64,000 nucleotides of DNA, taken from the NCBI GenBank assembly GCA_965243595.1, contig OZ251569.1:1994381-2058380 (forward strand). The letters run 5' to 3'. Shown here one piece after another: positions 1 through 8,192 of the stretch. Both the position numbers and the translations under genes were made by a program. Source of the stretch: Thermodesulfobacteriota bacterium (GTDB taxonomy: Bacteria > Desulfobacterota_D > UBA1144 > Nemesobacterales > Nemesobacteraceae). Numbering within the stretch: the stretch's first letter is position 1; each line of letters starts with the position of its first letter. A model generated the notes under the pieces. It made no database searches. It was not told the origin of the DNA and saw only the letters and a program-made list of their open reading frames with translations.

Positions 1-636
1 GGAATCGAAGGCTCCAGCGGCGCCGAACTCCACGGCCTTTTCGAGCTTGAATCCGTTCACGTCGGTCGCGAAAACCGCTTCGGCGCCGAGAAACGAAACG
101 TACTGGAGGCAGAGAAGCCCGGTTACGCCGCTTCCGAGGACCAGGACGCTTTCTCCCGGACGGAAACCCGCGGCCCGCACCGCTCTCACCACGCATCCCA
201 GGGGTTCCGCGAAAGACCCGCTCTCGAAGGAGACGCCGTCGGGAAGAAGAAAGGTCCCGCGTTCCACGCTGGGCCGGGCGACGCGAAGATACTGGGAGAA
301 ACCGCCCGGGTCGAAACCCGAGGTCCTTATCGTCGGGCAGTTCGTTTCCCTCTCCATGCGGCAGAGGCGGCACTCGCCGCAGGGAACGTGGTGGGTCGTC
401 GCCACCCTGTCGCCCGCCGCGAAAGCCTCCACCCCTTCGCCCGCCGCGACGATCTCTCCCGCGACCTCGTGACCCAGAACGACGGGCGCCTTCGGAAGGC
501 GGTACCACTCCATGAGATCGCTTCCGCAGATTCCGCTCGCGCGGACCCTGATCAGTATCTCTCCCTCGCCCGGCTCCGGGCGGGGAAACTCCTCGACCCT
601 CACGTCGCTGTTGCTTCGGTAGACGGCGGCAAGCAT
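1..636 (-). CDS. Zn-dependent alcohol dehydrogenase, MDR family (N-terminal part; C-terminus lies beyond window start)
   Basis: Reverse-strand translation from the ATG at 634-636 gives MLAAVYRSNSDVRVEEFPRPEPGEGEILIRVRASGICGSDLMEWY...VLGHEVAGEIVAAGEGV...CGECRLCR...VLVLGSGVTG. It shows the catalytic Zn ligands (C, GHE), the structural-Zn Cys cluster and a Rossmann GxGxxG. It is absent from the ORF track only because it runs off the window edge. Confidence 0.75.
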   Translation of the reverse strand, partial: MLAAVYRSNSDVRVEEFPRPEPGEGEILIRVRASGICGSDLMEWYRLPKAPVVLGHEVAGEIVAAGEGVEAFAAGDRVATTHHVPCGECRLCRMERETNCPTIRTSGFDPGGFSQYLRVARPSVERGTFLLPDGVSFESGSFAEPLGCVVRAVRAAGFRPGESVLVLGSGVTGLLCLQYVSFLGAEAVFATDVNGFKLEKAVEFGAAGAFDS

Positions 637-654
637 GGAAGGTCGCGCCGCCCG

Positions 655-1452
655 TCAGGAATTCCCTCGCACGAGCTCGGTGAAAAGCTCGCGGGCTTGT
701 TTCGGGGTCATGTTCTCGTGGACTATGCCCCGCACGGCCCTTATGATGGCGACGGGGTTGTCGCGCTGCCAGATGTTCCTGCCCATGTCCACCCCGGCCG
801 CGCCCCGCGATATGGCCGCGTGGGTCATTTCGAAAACGTCCGTTTCGGTTTCAAGCTTGGGACCGCCGGCGATCACTACCGGGACGGGACAGCTTTCGGT
901 GACCTTCTCGAAATCCTCGCAGTAGTAGGTCTTCACCACCCGTGCGCCCAGCTCGGCGCATATCCTGCAGCAGAGCGCGAGATACCGCGAATCCCTCTTT
1001 TCGAGCTCCTTGCCCACGGCGGTTATGCCCAGAACGGGTATGCCGTATCTCTCCCCCAGGTTCACGAGCTCGGCAAGGCCCGTGAGGGTCCGCCTTTCGA
1101 ACTCCGTTCCGACGAAGACCGAAAGTCCGACTCCGGCGACGTTGAGCCTTATGGCCTCCTCGAAGTCGGTCGTCACGCTCTCGTCCTCGAGGTGGGGGCC
1201 CACGATGCTCGTTCCCCCCGAGACCCTGAGCACCACGTTGGCCCCGGATTCGGGGTCGACCGAAGTGCGGAGAACTCCCCTCGTGAGCATGATGGTGTCG
1301 GCGTAGGGCAGAAGCGGCGTTATGGTGTCGCGGGGAACCTCGAGACGATGGGTCGGACCCATGAAATAGCCGTGGTCGAGAGCGAGCATGACCGCCCGTC
1401 CGTTTTCCGGCCTTATGATCCTGGCCATCCTGTTTTTCATTCCCCAGCCCAT
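655..1452 (-). CDS. class I aldolase of the DhnA/FbaB family (possibly 2-amino-3,7-dideoxy-D-threo-hept-6-ulosonate synthase, AroA')
   Basis: The 265-aa ORF MGWGMKNRMARIIRPENGRAVMLALDHGYF...VVKTYY...IAGGPK has the length and motif pattern (LALDHG, Schiff-base Lys region VVKTYY) of archaeal-type class I FBP aldolase / ADH synthase. Its stop lies 18 nt upstream of the downstream ADH start on the same strand. Confidence 0.65.
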   Translation of the reverse strand: MGWGMKNRMARIIRPENGRAVMLALDHGYFMGPTHRLEVPRDTITPLLPYADTIMLTRGVLRTSVDPESGANVVLRVSGGTSIVGPHLEDESVTTDFEEAIRLNVAGVGLSVFVGTEFERRTLTGLAELVNLGERYGIPVLGITAVGKELEKRDSRYLALCCRICAELGARVVKTYYCEDFEKVTESCPVPVVIAGGPKLETETDVFEMTHAAISRGAAGVDMGRNIWQRDNPVAIIRAVRGIVHENMTPKQARELFTELVRGNS

Positions 1453-1697
1453 GAGATCACCTCTTCTTTCGCAACGCGGGATGGACTAAACTTTAGAGCA
1501 CTCCCCCCCGAGTGTCAAACCGCGAAGGAGGATGAGCCGTGCCTGAAAAATCACGGCGGCCTGCGCTTTCTTTTCCCGCGAGACCGGGTAATTGTAAGCA
1601 AAGGCTTGAAGGGTAATAGGTCAGAGACAACTTTCATGTCTTGCGGGCATCGGGTGTTATGTCCCGCGTAAAAATATCCCGGAGAGAGGAAATCCCC

Positions 1698-2009
1698 ATG
1701 TCGGAACTGCTGGAACAGAGAATAAGTCATATTGAAAACGACGTAGGCGAGATCAAAGGCACCGTAAAGCAGCTTTCCACCACCGTTGATAGGCTTTCTA
1801 CCACTGTCGACAGGCTTTCCACCACCATCGGGACGCTTTCCACCATCGTCGGGAGAATAGAGACCAAGATAGACGAAAGAGAAAAGGCGATCAAAGACAA
1901 GTTTGAAGACCAGGGAAAAAGAATCGACAGGCTGGGCTTCCGGTTCTGGGCGCTTGTCATCTTAATAATCGGCGGTCTGCTCCCGCTTATCCATAAAGCC
2001 TATTTTTAG
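1698..2009 (+). CDS. small coiled-coil protein with C-terminal transmembrane anchor (haemolysin XhlA-like architecture)
   Basis: ATG at 1698 is preceded by GGAGAGAGGA (Shine-Dalgarno). The product MSELLEQRISHIENDVGEIKGTVKQLSTTVDRLSTTVDRLSTTIGTLSTIVGRIETKI...WALVILIIGGLLPLIHKAYF is a heptad-rich N-terminus plus a single C-terminal TM helix. The longer ORF beginning at 1641 is probably an over-extension. Confidence 0.5.
   Translation: MSELLEQRISHIENDVGEIKGTVKQLSTTVDRLSTTVDRLSTTIGTLSTIVGRIETKIDEREKAIKDKFEDQGKRIDRLGFRFWALVILIIGGLLPLIHKAYF
1773..1856 (+). repeat. four tandem imperfect 21-nt repeats (ctttccaccaccgttgatagg-like) encoding the LSTTVDR/LSTTIGT/LSTIVGR heptads
   Basis: Direct inspection: units at 1773-1793, 1794-1814, 1815-1835 and 1836-1856 share ctttc(c/t)acca(c/t)... 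They lie in frame inside the small coiled-coil gene. Confidence 0.8.
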
Positions 2010-2081
2010 GAAAATTCGCCCGGCGGAACGGAAACGGCGCGAACGGACGCCGGACAAAGAGTTCCCGACACGATTTCCTCC

Positions 2082-3263
2082 CTACATTTCCAGAACCGAT
2101 TTCGCCTCCCCGAAGGCCGAAAGTGCCAGAGACACGTGTTCCTCGGTGTGCGTGGCCATGAGGGAAGCTCTTATCCTGCATTTTCCCTCGGGCACCGAAG
2201 GCGGCCTCACCGCGGGGGTGTACACTCCCTTTTCCCGGAGTTCCGCCGCAAACCGGAGGGTGGATTCCGGTTCTCCCGTAAGCACGGGCACAATCGCCGA
2301 ACTTGAAGGAAGAACGGAGAGTCCCATGCCCCGAAGCCCCGCCTTGAACGACGAAACCATTTTCATGAGATGCCCCCTTCTTTCCGGTTCGCTCTCTATT
2401 ATGCGTATCGCCTCGAGCGAAGCGGCCAGGCAGGCCGGAGGCAGGGACGTGTCGAAGATATAGCTTCTGACCCTGTTTCTTATGAAGTCGACAAGCTTTC
2501 GGCCGCCGGCCACGTATCCGCCGAGCGACCCCACGGCCTTCGACAGCGTGCCCATCACCACGGGAACCCTGCTTTCGACTCCGAAGCTCTCGGTCGCGCC
2601 GCTTCCTTTCGCCCCCAGAACTCCCATGGCGTGGGCCTCGTCTACCATGAGCATGCAACCGTGTCTCTCCGCCACGTCGCAGAGGTCCTCGAGGTTCGCG
2701 AGATCCCCGTCCATGCTGAACACGGTGTCGGTGACTATGAGCTTCTTTCCCCCTCCGCGCGTTCCGGCCGCCATTTCGGAGAGTCTCCCGACGTCCAGGT
2801 GGGGGTAGACCCTCACCGCCGCTCGGGAGAGGCGGCAGCCGTCTATTATGGAAGCGTGGTTGAGCTCGTCGCTGAAAACAGTGTCCCCTTCCCCGACCAG
2901 GGCGGAGATGGTGCCGACGTTGGCGAGGTAGCCGCTCGAAAAAAGAATGGCGGACTCGGTGGACTTGAACTCCGCTATCCTTCGTTCAAGCTCCGCGTGG
3001 AGGTCCGAGTTTCCGCTCACCAGCCTCGACCCCCCGGAACCCGCGCCGTATCTTGCGAGGGCGTTCGAGGCCGCCTCCACCACCCTTGGATCCGTCGCGA
3101 GGCCCAGGTAGCCGTTGGAGGCGAAAAGCAGGTGCTTCCTTCCGTCTATCAGGACTTCCGGATCCTGCCCCGAGGCTATCTCCGTAAGCGTCCTGAAAAG
3201 GTTGCCGTCGCGGATAGCCCTTATCTCGTCGTCTATCCAGGCGAGGGGGTCAGGTCTTTTCAT
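2082..3263 (-). CDS. bioF: 8-amino-7-oxononanoate synthase
   Basis: MKRPDPLAWIDDEIRAIRDGNLFRTL...HASIIDGCRLS...FSMDGD...GTLSKAVGSLGGYV is an AONS-type class II aminotransferase with the PLP-lysine in SKAVG. Its start ATG (3261-3263) overlaps the bioA stop (ATGA). The 662-aa track ORF is an artefactual upstream extension. Confidence 0.85.
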   Translation of the reverse strand: MKRPDPLAWIDDEIRAIRDGNLFRTLTEIASGQDPEVLIDGRKHLLFASNGYLGLATDPRVVEAASNALARYGAGSGGSRLVSGNSDLHAELERRIAEFKSTESAILFSSGYLANVGTISALVGEGDTVFSDELNHASIIDGCRLSRAAVRVYPHLDVGRLSEMAAGTRGGGKKLIVTDTVFSMDGDLANLEDLCDVAERHGCMLMVDEAHAMGVLGAKGSGATESFGVESRVPVVMGTLSKAVGSLGGYVAGGRKLVDFIRNRVRSYIFDTSLPPACLAASLEAIRIIESEPERRGHLMKMVSSFKAGLRGMGLSVLPSSSAIVPVLTGEPESTLRFAAELREKGVYTPAVRPPSVPEGKCRIRASLMATHTEEHVSLALSAFGEAKSVLEM

Positions 3264-4630
3264 CGCTCGTCCTCTGTCCCCGCCGTCACCTCTTTTATGG
3301 AAGCGTACGTGGCCCGCACGAGTTCTCCCAGTTCCTCTTTCGAGATTCCCACCGGAGGCATCAGCACCACCACGTCGCCGAGAGGCCTTATGAGGACCCC
3401 CCGGGAAAGGGCCGCCTCGGCCACCCGCCAGCCGGTTTTTTCCGCCGCGTCGTAGGGCCGGGCGGTCGCCTTGTCCTCGACGAGCTCTATTCCGACCATG
3501 AATCCCTTGTTCCGCACGTTTCCGACGTGGGCGAGCCCCTCGAACTCCCGAAGCTCGTCCTCGAGAAAATCTATTTTTTCCGAAAGGGTTTCCAGGGTGC
3601 TTCTGTTTCGAAAGGCCTCGAGGTTTCCCATCGCCGCCGCGCACGAAAGCGGATTTCCGGCGTAGCTGTGACCGTGAAAGAATGTCTTGTACTCCTCGTG
3701 GTTTCCCAGAAACTCCTCGTATATCTTCTCCGTGGTCACCGTGGCGGAAAGCGGAAGATATCCCCCCGTCATTCCCTTTCCGAGGACCATTATGTCCGGG
3801 GAGACGCCGTCGTGCTCGCAGGCGAACATCTTTCCCGTCCGCCCGAAGCCGGTCGCGACCTCGTCCACTATCATGAGCACATCGTGGCGGTCGCAGTACT
3901 CCCTTATCTTTCGAAGGTACCCGTCGGGAGCGACTATCATTCCCCCCGCGGCCTGAACGCAGGGCTCGAGGATGACGGCCGCTATCTCCGCGCCGTGTTT
4001 CTCGAGCATCTTTCCCGCCTCGTCCGCGCACGCGATTCCGCACCCGGGCCAGGTCTTTCCCAGCGGACACCTGTAGCAGTAGTAGGAAGGAGCCCTGAAG
4101 GTCTTGAAGAGAAGCGGGGAGAACGCCTTGTGGAAAACGTCGATTCCCCCGACTGAAACCGCCCCCAGCGTGTCTCCGTGGTAGCCGTTGTCCAGGCAGA
4201 GAAACGCCTTTTTCCCGTCCCTGCCCTTGTGAGCCCAGTACTGAAAGGCCATCTTGACGGCCACTTCCACGGCGCTGGCCCCGTCGCCCGAGTAAAAGAC
4301 CTTTTTCAGTCCCGGGGGACAGATCTCCGCGATTTCCTTCGCAAGTTCCGCCGCCGGGGGGTTGGTAACTCCGAGCAGGGTGCTGTGGCTCACCAGGTCG
4401 ACCTGCTTTTTTATGGCCTCGTCTATCTCCGCGACGCCGTGGCCGTGCACGTTCACCCAGAGGGAGGAAACGCCGTCTATGTAGCTTCTTCCCTCGGAGT
4501 CTATCAGGCGGCAGCCTTCGGCGCGCTCGATGATTATCGGGTCCTTCTCCTCGTACTCCTTCATCTGGGTGAAGGGGTGCCAGACGAACTCCCTGTCGTA
4601 GGACCCTATCTGTTTCGATCTTTCGGTCAC
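3260..4630 (-). CDS. bioA: adenosylmethionine-8-amino-7-oxononanoate aminotransferase
   Basis: The conserved core EFVWHPFTQMKEY...YSGDGASAVEVAVKMA...DEVATGFGRTGKMFA...HGHSYAGNPL is that of DAPA aminotransferase. The proposed start is GTG at 4628-4630, preceded by GGGAGG about 10 nt upstream. The track ORF extends further into non-coding sequence. Confidence 0.85.
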   Translation of the reverse strand: MTERSKQIGSYDREFVWHPFTQMKEYEEKDPIIIERAEGCRLIDSEGRSYIDGVSSLWVNVHGHGVAEIDEAIKKQVDLVSHSTLLGVTNPPAAELAKEIAEICPPGLKKVFYSGDGASAVEVAVKMAFQYWAHKGRDGKKAFLCLDNGYHGDTLGAVSVGGIDVFHKAFSPLLFKTFRAPSYYCYRCPLGKTWPGCGIACADEAGKMLEKHGAEIAAVILEPCVQAAGGMIVAPDGYLRKIREYCDRHDVLMIVDEVATGFGRTGKMFACEHDGVSPDIMVLGKGMTGGYLPLSATVTTEKIYEEFLGNHEEYKTFFHGHSYAGNPLSCAAAMGNLEAFRNRSTLETLSEKIDFLEDELREFEGLAHVGNVRNKGFMVGIELVEDKATARPYDAAEKTGWRVAEAALSRGVLIRPLGDVVVLMPPVGISKEELGELVRATYASIKEVTAGTEDER

Positions 4631-4633
4631 CGC

Positions 4634-4868
4634 GCCCTGTTCCTCCCGGTCTTCAAACGAGACCGGCCGTGAAAGGATACCTGTATTTGCCGCTTGAACC
4701 TTCGCGCGGGGCCGCAGGCGAGCGCGTCGGAAAAACCGACAAGCGAAATACTTCTTGAAAAAAAACGGCGCTATCCATATACTGTCGTTGTGAATTGTAA
4801 GTGTTGGAATATCGTAAAGCATTAACAACTCACATCAATCCTCATCACATCGTATAAGGAGCGAACAA
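4634..4868. promoter_or_regulatory. divergent AT-rich intergenic region between bioA (-) and the Panacea-domain gene (+); presumably carries promoters for both
   Basis: GC content drops sharply (cttcttgaaaaaaaacggcgctatccatatactgtcgttgtgaattgtaagtgttggaatatcgtaaagcattaac...). A 6-bp-stem hairpin ccggtc-N9-gaccgg abuts the bioA SD. A TGTGA...TCACA pair is present but is not a canonical CRP or BirA site. Confidence 0.3.
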
Positions 4869-5417
4869 GTGTTCAGAGTAGAAACCGCCGGGCAGATGGC
4901 CGCTTGGTTATTGGACAAGCAAGGTGGAAAAATGCCCCACCTGAAACTTATGAAGCTGCTTTATCTGGCTGAAAGAACATATATTCGGAAAAACGGCCAC
5001 CCCTTCTTGGGAGACAAGCTGGTATCAATGGACCACGGTCCTGTCCTGAGCGTTACGCTGAACTACATGCAGGGATACAAAGAACCGGGCAACGGCTGGG
5101 ACAAGTGGGTATCGCCGAAAGAAAATCACGAAGTCTCGCTGGCGAGGCAGTATAACGAGGACGACCTCGGTCTGATGAACGAAGCCATGCTGGAAGTTCT
5201 TGAAGAGATCTGGCGAGAATTCGGTTATATGGACCAATGGAAGATTCGAGATTATACGCACGAATATTGCACGGAGTGGAAAGACCCCAATGGCTCGTCT
5301 AATCCAATCACGTATGAAAATCTCTTAGCCGCGTTGGGGCATGGAGAGATAGAAGCGGCGGAAATGGCGAGGGAGTTCAGGACGCAGCAGGAAGTTACAA
5401 AAGCCCTTTTATCGTGA
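4869..5417 (+). CDS. Panacea (DUF4065) domain protein, SocA/PanA-like putative antitoxin
   Basis: MFRVETAGQMAAWLLDKQGGKMPHLKLMKLLYLAERTYIRKNGHPFLGDKL matches the conserved KLxKLLYxAe N-terminal signature of Panacea-domain proteins. GTG at 4869 is preceded by AAGGAG. The gene is low-GC relative to the flanks. Confidence 0.6.
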   Translation: MFRVETAGQMAAWLLDKQGGKMPHLKLMKLLYLAERTYIRKNGHPFLGDKLVSMDHGPVLSVTLNYMQGYKEPGNGWDKWVSPKENHEVSLARQYNEDDLGLMNEAMLEVLEEIWREFGYMDQWKIRDYTHEYCTEWKDPNGSSNPITYENLLAALGHGEIEAAEMAREFRTQQEVTKALLS

Positions 5418-5441
5418 GTTTTCCGCAAAAAGTTCTCCCGT

Positions 5442-5834
5442 ATGTTTATCCCCGCACCCGGTGTCGCTTTTCTGGCTCCATCCGAACAAGGACCCCATCT
5501 CCATTTCATTCTTACTCCTTCCCTCGACGGGAAAGTTCTGGTGGTTGGTATAACTTCCAGCAGCATTGACCCGGCGTTTACCCTCAACCCGGGCGACCAC
5601 GAATTCATCAGGCACGAAAGTTTCATCAATTACCCGGCCGCGGAGATAATTCCGGTGAAGGAGATTGAAAGAAAGCTGAATTCATCAGACGACCGCGAAA
5701 AATTCATTCCGAAAAAAATGGCGGACGCCGATGTCGTCGAACATCTTCGCCTGGGACTTCTGGAATCCCGATATTCATTGAAAGTCCATAGAGAATTCTA
5801 CAAAAGAGTCCTAAAAGGTCCAAGTTCCAAATAA
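5442..5834 (+). CDS. hypothetical 130-aa protein immediately downstream of the Panacea gene (candidate toxin partner)
   Basis: It lies 25 nt after the Panacea stop on the same strand, in the same low-GC segment, and has no recognisable family (MFIPAPGVAFLAPSEQGPHLHFILTPSLDGKVLVVGITSS...). No obvious SD precedes the ATG, so the start is uncertain. Confidence 0.4.
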   Translation: MFIPAPGVAFLAPSEQGPHLHFILTPSLDGKVLVVGITSSSIDPAFTLNPGDHEFIRHESFINYPAAEIIPVKEIERKLNSSDDREKFIPKKMADADVVEHLRLGLLESRYSLKVHREFYKRVLKGPSSK

Positions 5835-5944
5835 CTCCCGGACAACTTTCAACTTGACGGAAACGCATGAAGGTAAGGTCGCGCGACCCGCAGTGTTGCC
5901 TCTACTTTTGAATCTCCGTCTTGCGGGAGACTGCCGGCGTACCG

Positions 5945-7015
5945 CTAGTTGAGGATTTCCTTCCTGACGGGCATCTCGAGATCGTCGAGCATCCGCAGGT
6001 CTTCCTGCGGCGAGCGTCCGGGCGTCGTGAGGTAGTTTCCGAGAATCATGGCGTTCGCCCCGGCGACAAGACCCATGGCCTGAAGGTCGCGAAGCGTCAC
6101 TTCCCTTCCTCCCGCGGTCATTATTATCTTGTCGGGAAGCACCAGTCTGAAAATCGATATGGTCTTGACCGCCTCGAAGGGCTGTATGGGCGCAAGGTCC
6201 TGAAACGGCGTTCCCGGCCGGGGGTCGAGGAAATTTATCGGCACCCACGTGGGGTCGAGTTCCCTTATCTCGAAGGCGAACTCCATTCTCTGGGCGACGG
6301 TCTCGCCCATGCCAAGTATGCCTCCCGAGCAGAGGTTCATCCCCGTCTCCTTGACGAGGAGAGCGGTCTTGAGCCTGTCGTCGTAGCCGTGCGTTGTGCA
6401 TATGTTCGGAAAATGGCTCCTGCAGGTCTCGACGTTGTGGTTGTATCTCCACACTCCGTGGTCCCGAAGCTCGTATGCCTGCTCCCTGCTGAGGTCGCCC
6501 AGCGAGCAGCCGACCTTGAGGTTCGTCTTCTCGCGCAGAAGGTCCACGGCCTCGAGCACCTTTCCGAATATCCTGGGCGTAGGACCCTTGGCGCTTATCA
6601 CTATGCAGAAGTCCATGGCGCCCATCTTCTCGGCCTGGCGCGCGGCGCCCAGTATCTTCTCCGCCGCCATGAGAGGATGAGCCTCGACCTCGGTGTCGAA
6701 GTGCGCCGACTGGGAGCAGAAGGAGCAGTCCTCGGGGCAGTTGCCAGTCTGGGCGCTTATTATGGAGCGCAGAAACACTCCGTCGCCCTTGTACTTCAGG
6801 GTAACCTTTCTCGCGAGCGATATGAGGTCCGAAACCCTCTCCCTCGGAAGCTCCGTGAGCTCAAGCGCCTCGGGGAAGGTTATGTTCTCCTCTTTTTCGA
6901 GAAGTTTCTCTGAAACTGTGTCTAGAATGTCTATGTCGGGACGCCTCGGAATATCCGGATTCAGGGAAAGGTAAGTTACAGAAACCGAAGGGATTGTCAA
7001 ACGAAACGGCGGCAC
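5945..7015 (-). CDS. bioB: biotin synthase
   Basis: The radical-SAM cluster motif CPEDCSFCSQS, SLGDLSREQAYELRDHG and NLCSGGILGMGE (2Fe-2S region) are typical BioB. The start is uncertain: GTG at 7013-7015 or a TTG a few codons later; the conserved core begins about 30 aa downstream. Confidence 0.85.
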   Translation of the reverse strand: MPPFRLTIPSVSVTYLSLNPDIPRRPDIDILDTVSEKLLEKEENITFPEALELTELPRERVSDLISLARKVTLKYKGDGVFLRSIISAQTGNCPEDCSFCSQSAHFDTEVEAHPLMAAEKILGAARQAEKMGAMDFCIVISAKGPTPRIFGKVLEAVDLLREKTNLKVGCSLGDLSREQAYELRDHGVWRYNHNVETCRSHFPNICTTHGYDDRLKTALLVKETGMNLCSGGILGMGETVAQRMEFAFEIRELDPTWVPINFLDPRPGTPFQDLAPIQPFEAVKTISIFRLVLPDKIIMTAGGREVTLRDLQAMGLVAGANAMILGNYLTTPGRSPQEDLRMLDDLEMPVRKEILN

Positions 7016-7224
7016 CTTGCGGAAAGCGCAAAAGCCGTGCGACAGGGAGTCCTGAAATCCGGTCCCGTCCCGAAACCGGAAGATTTTCCCGCACCCGAAA
7101 ACGCCTTGTCCTCATGCCCGCGAATCAGGTATTTTTCAGGCAACGCGGAATTTTCAAGCGTTGAGACCGGGTCCGCGTTTATTAGGCACTGCGCGCAGCA
7201 ACCAGATTTGGGGGGAAAACCGTT

Positions 7225-8142
7225 ATGAATCGCACTTTGTTCTCAATCGCTTACGACGGGCCGGCGGTTCGCGACGGAGTGATGGAAGTGCGCGACCTGG
7301 CCCCAGCGCTTCTGGCCGTCGGAAAACTCTTTGACGCGGCAAGCAGGGAACTTAACGGCGAAGACATCAAAGTCAACGTCAACGTCAGAGCCACGGAAGC
7401 CGGGTCGTTTGAAGTTCTTCTCGAACTGACCCAGAAACTGGGAGGGCAGCTGGTGGAACTTCTCAGCGGCGACCAGGTTACGGCCGCCGTACAGCTAAGA
7501 GAACTCGCGCTGGGAGGGGCCGCGAGCGCGGCGGGACTCATCTGGCTGATCAAAAAACTCAGGGGACGCAACCCGGACAAGATAGAGAAAACGGACGAAG
7601 GCAGCGTGCGCCTGACAGTCGGCGACGAAAGTTTCGAAGTTCCGACCGAGCTTCTGAGGCTCTACAAAGACATCGCCGTGCGCAAGGCTCTTGAAGAACT
7701 TGTCGAGAAGCCTCTCAAGCGCGACGGCATTGAAAAATTCGAGGTGCGCGGCAAGGACGACCCGTCAAAACCTCCCGAACCGCTGGAAACCGTCTCGAAA
7801 CCGGAATCCGATTACTTCACCATCAGGGAAGGACCCGATGAAAAAGTGCTCGTCGAATCCACAAGGAAAGCCGCCTTTCATATCATTTCGCTCGCATTCA
7901 AAGACGACAACAAGTGGCGACTGACGGACGGCGACGCCCAGATTACCGCGCTCATCACGGATCAGGACTTCCTTCGGCGCGTCAACTCGAACGAGATAGC
8001 GTTTGCCAGAGGGGATGTCCTGATATGCGAGGTGAAGACCATCCAGAAACAGGGAATCGAAGGTCTGAAAACCGAGCATATAGTGCAAAGCGTAAACGAG
8101 CACAAACCCGCGATGCGTCAGCTGGATCTTCCCATCCAGTAA
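7225..8142 (+). CDS. hypothetical protein (305 aa), no recognisable family
   Basis: A clean ORF (MNRTLFSIAYDGPAVRDGVMEVRDLAPALLAVGKLF...) with soluble-protein composition, isolated on the + strand between bioB and a deoxyribosyltransferase-like gene. Confidence 0.55.
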   Translation: MNRTLFSIAYDGPAVRDGVMEVRDLAPALLAVGKLFDAASRELNGEDIKVNVNVRATEAGSFEVLLELTQKLGGQLVELLSGDQVTAAVQLRELALGGAASAAGLIWLIKKLRGRNPDKIEKTDEGSVRLTVGDESFEVPTELLRLYKDIAVRKALEELVEKPLKRDGIEKFEVRGKDDPSKPPEPLETVSKPESDYFTIREGPDEKVLVESTRKAAFHIISLAFKDDNKWRLTDGDAQITALITDQDFLRRVNSNEIAFARGDVLICEVKTIQKQGIEGLKTEHIVQSVNEHKPAMRQLDLPIQ

Positions 8143-8192
8143 CGACCTCCCGAAAACGCCGCGACGGTAGAAAGAAGCAAGGCGGGCGGCCG

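Noticed and set aside
388-1671. 427-aa plus-strand ORF spanning the ADH and aldolase region
   Set aside because: It is antisense to two well-supported minus-strand genes. Its translation is low-complexity and Arg/Gly/Pro-rich, typical of spurious ORFs in high-GC DNA.
1773-1856. Possible CRISPR-like short repeats
   Set aside because: The repeats are contiguous with no spacers, in frame and coding for coiled-coil heptads, so this is not a CRISPR array. No cas genes or repeat-spacer arrays occur anywhere in the window.
2082-4070. 662-aa ORF presented as a single gene
   Set aside because: Only the C-terminal 393 aa (from MKRPDPLAW, ATG 3261-3263) are BioF. The N-terminal 270 aa are an Arg/Gly-rich out-of-frame read across bioA.
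4634-4868. A BirA operator in the bio intergenic region
   Set aside because: Only fragments resembling half-sites are present, with no convincing TTGTAAACC-N-GGTTTACAA-type palindrome. The TGTGA...TCACA pair is too widely spaced for CRP.
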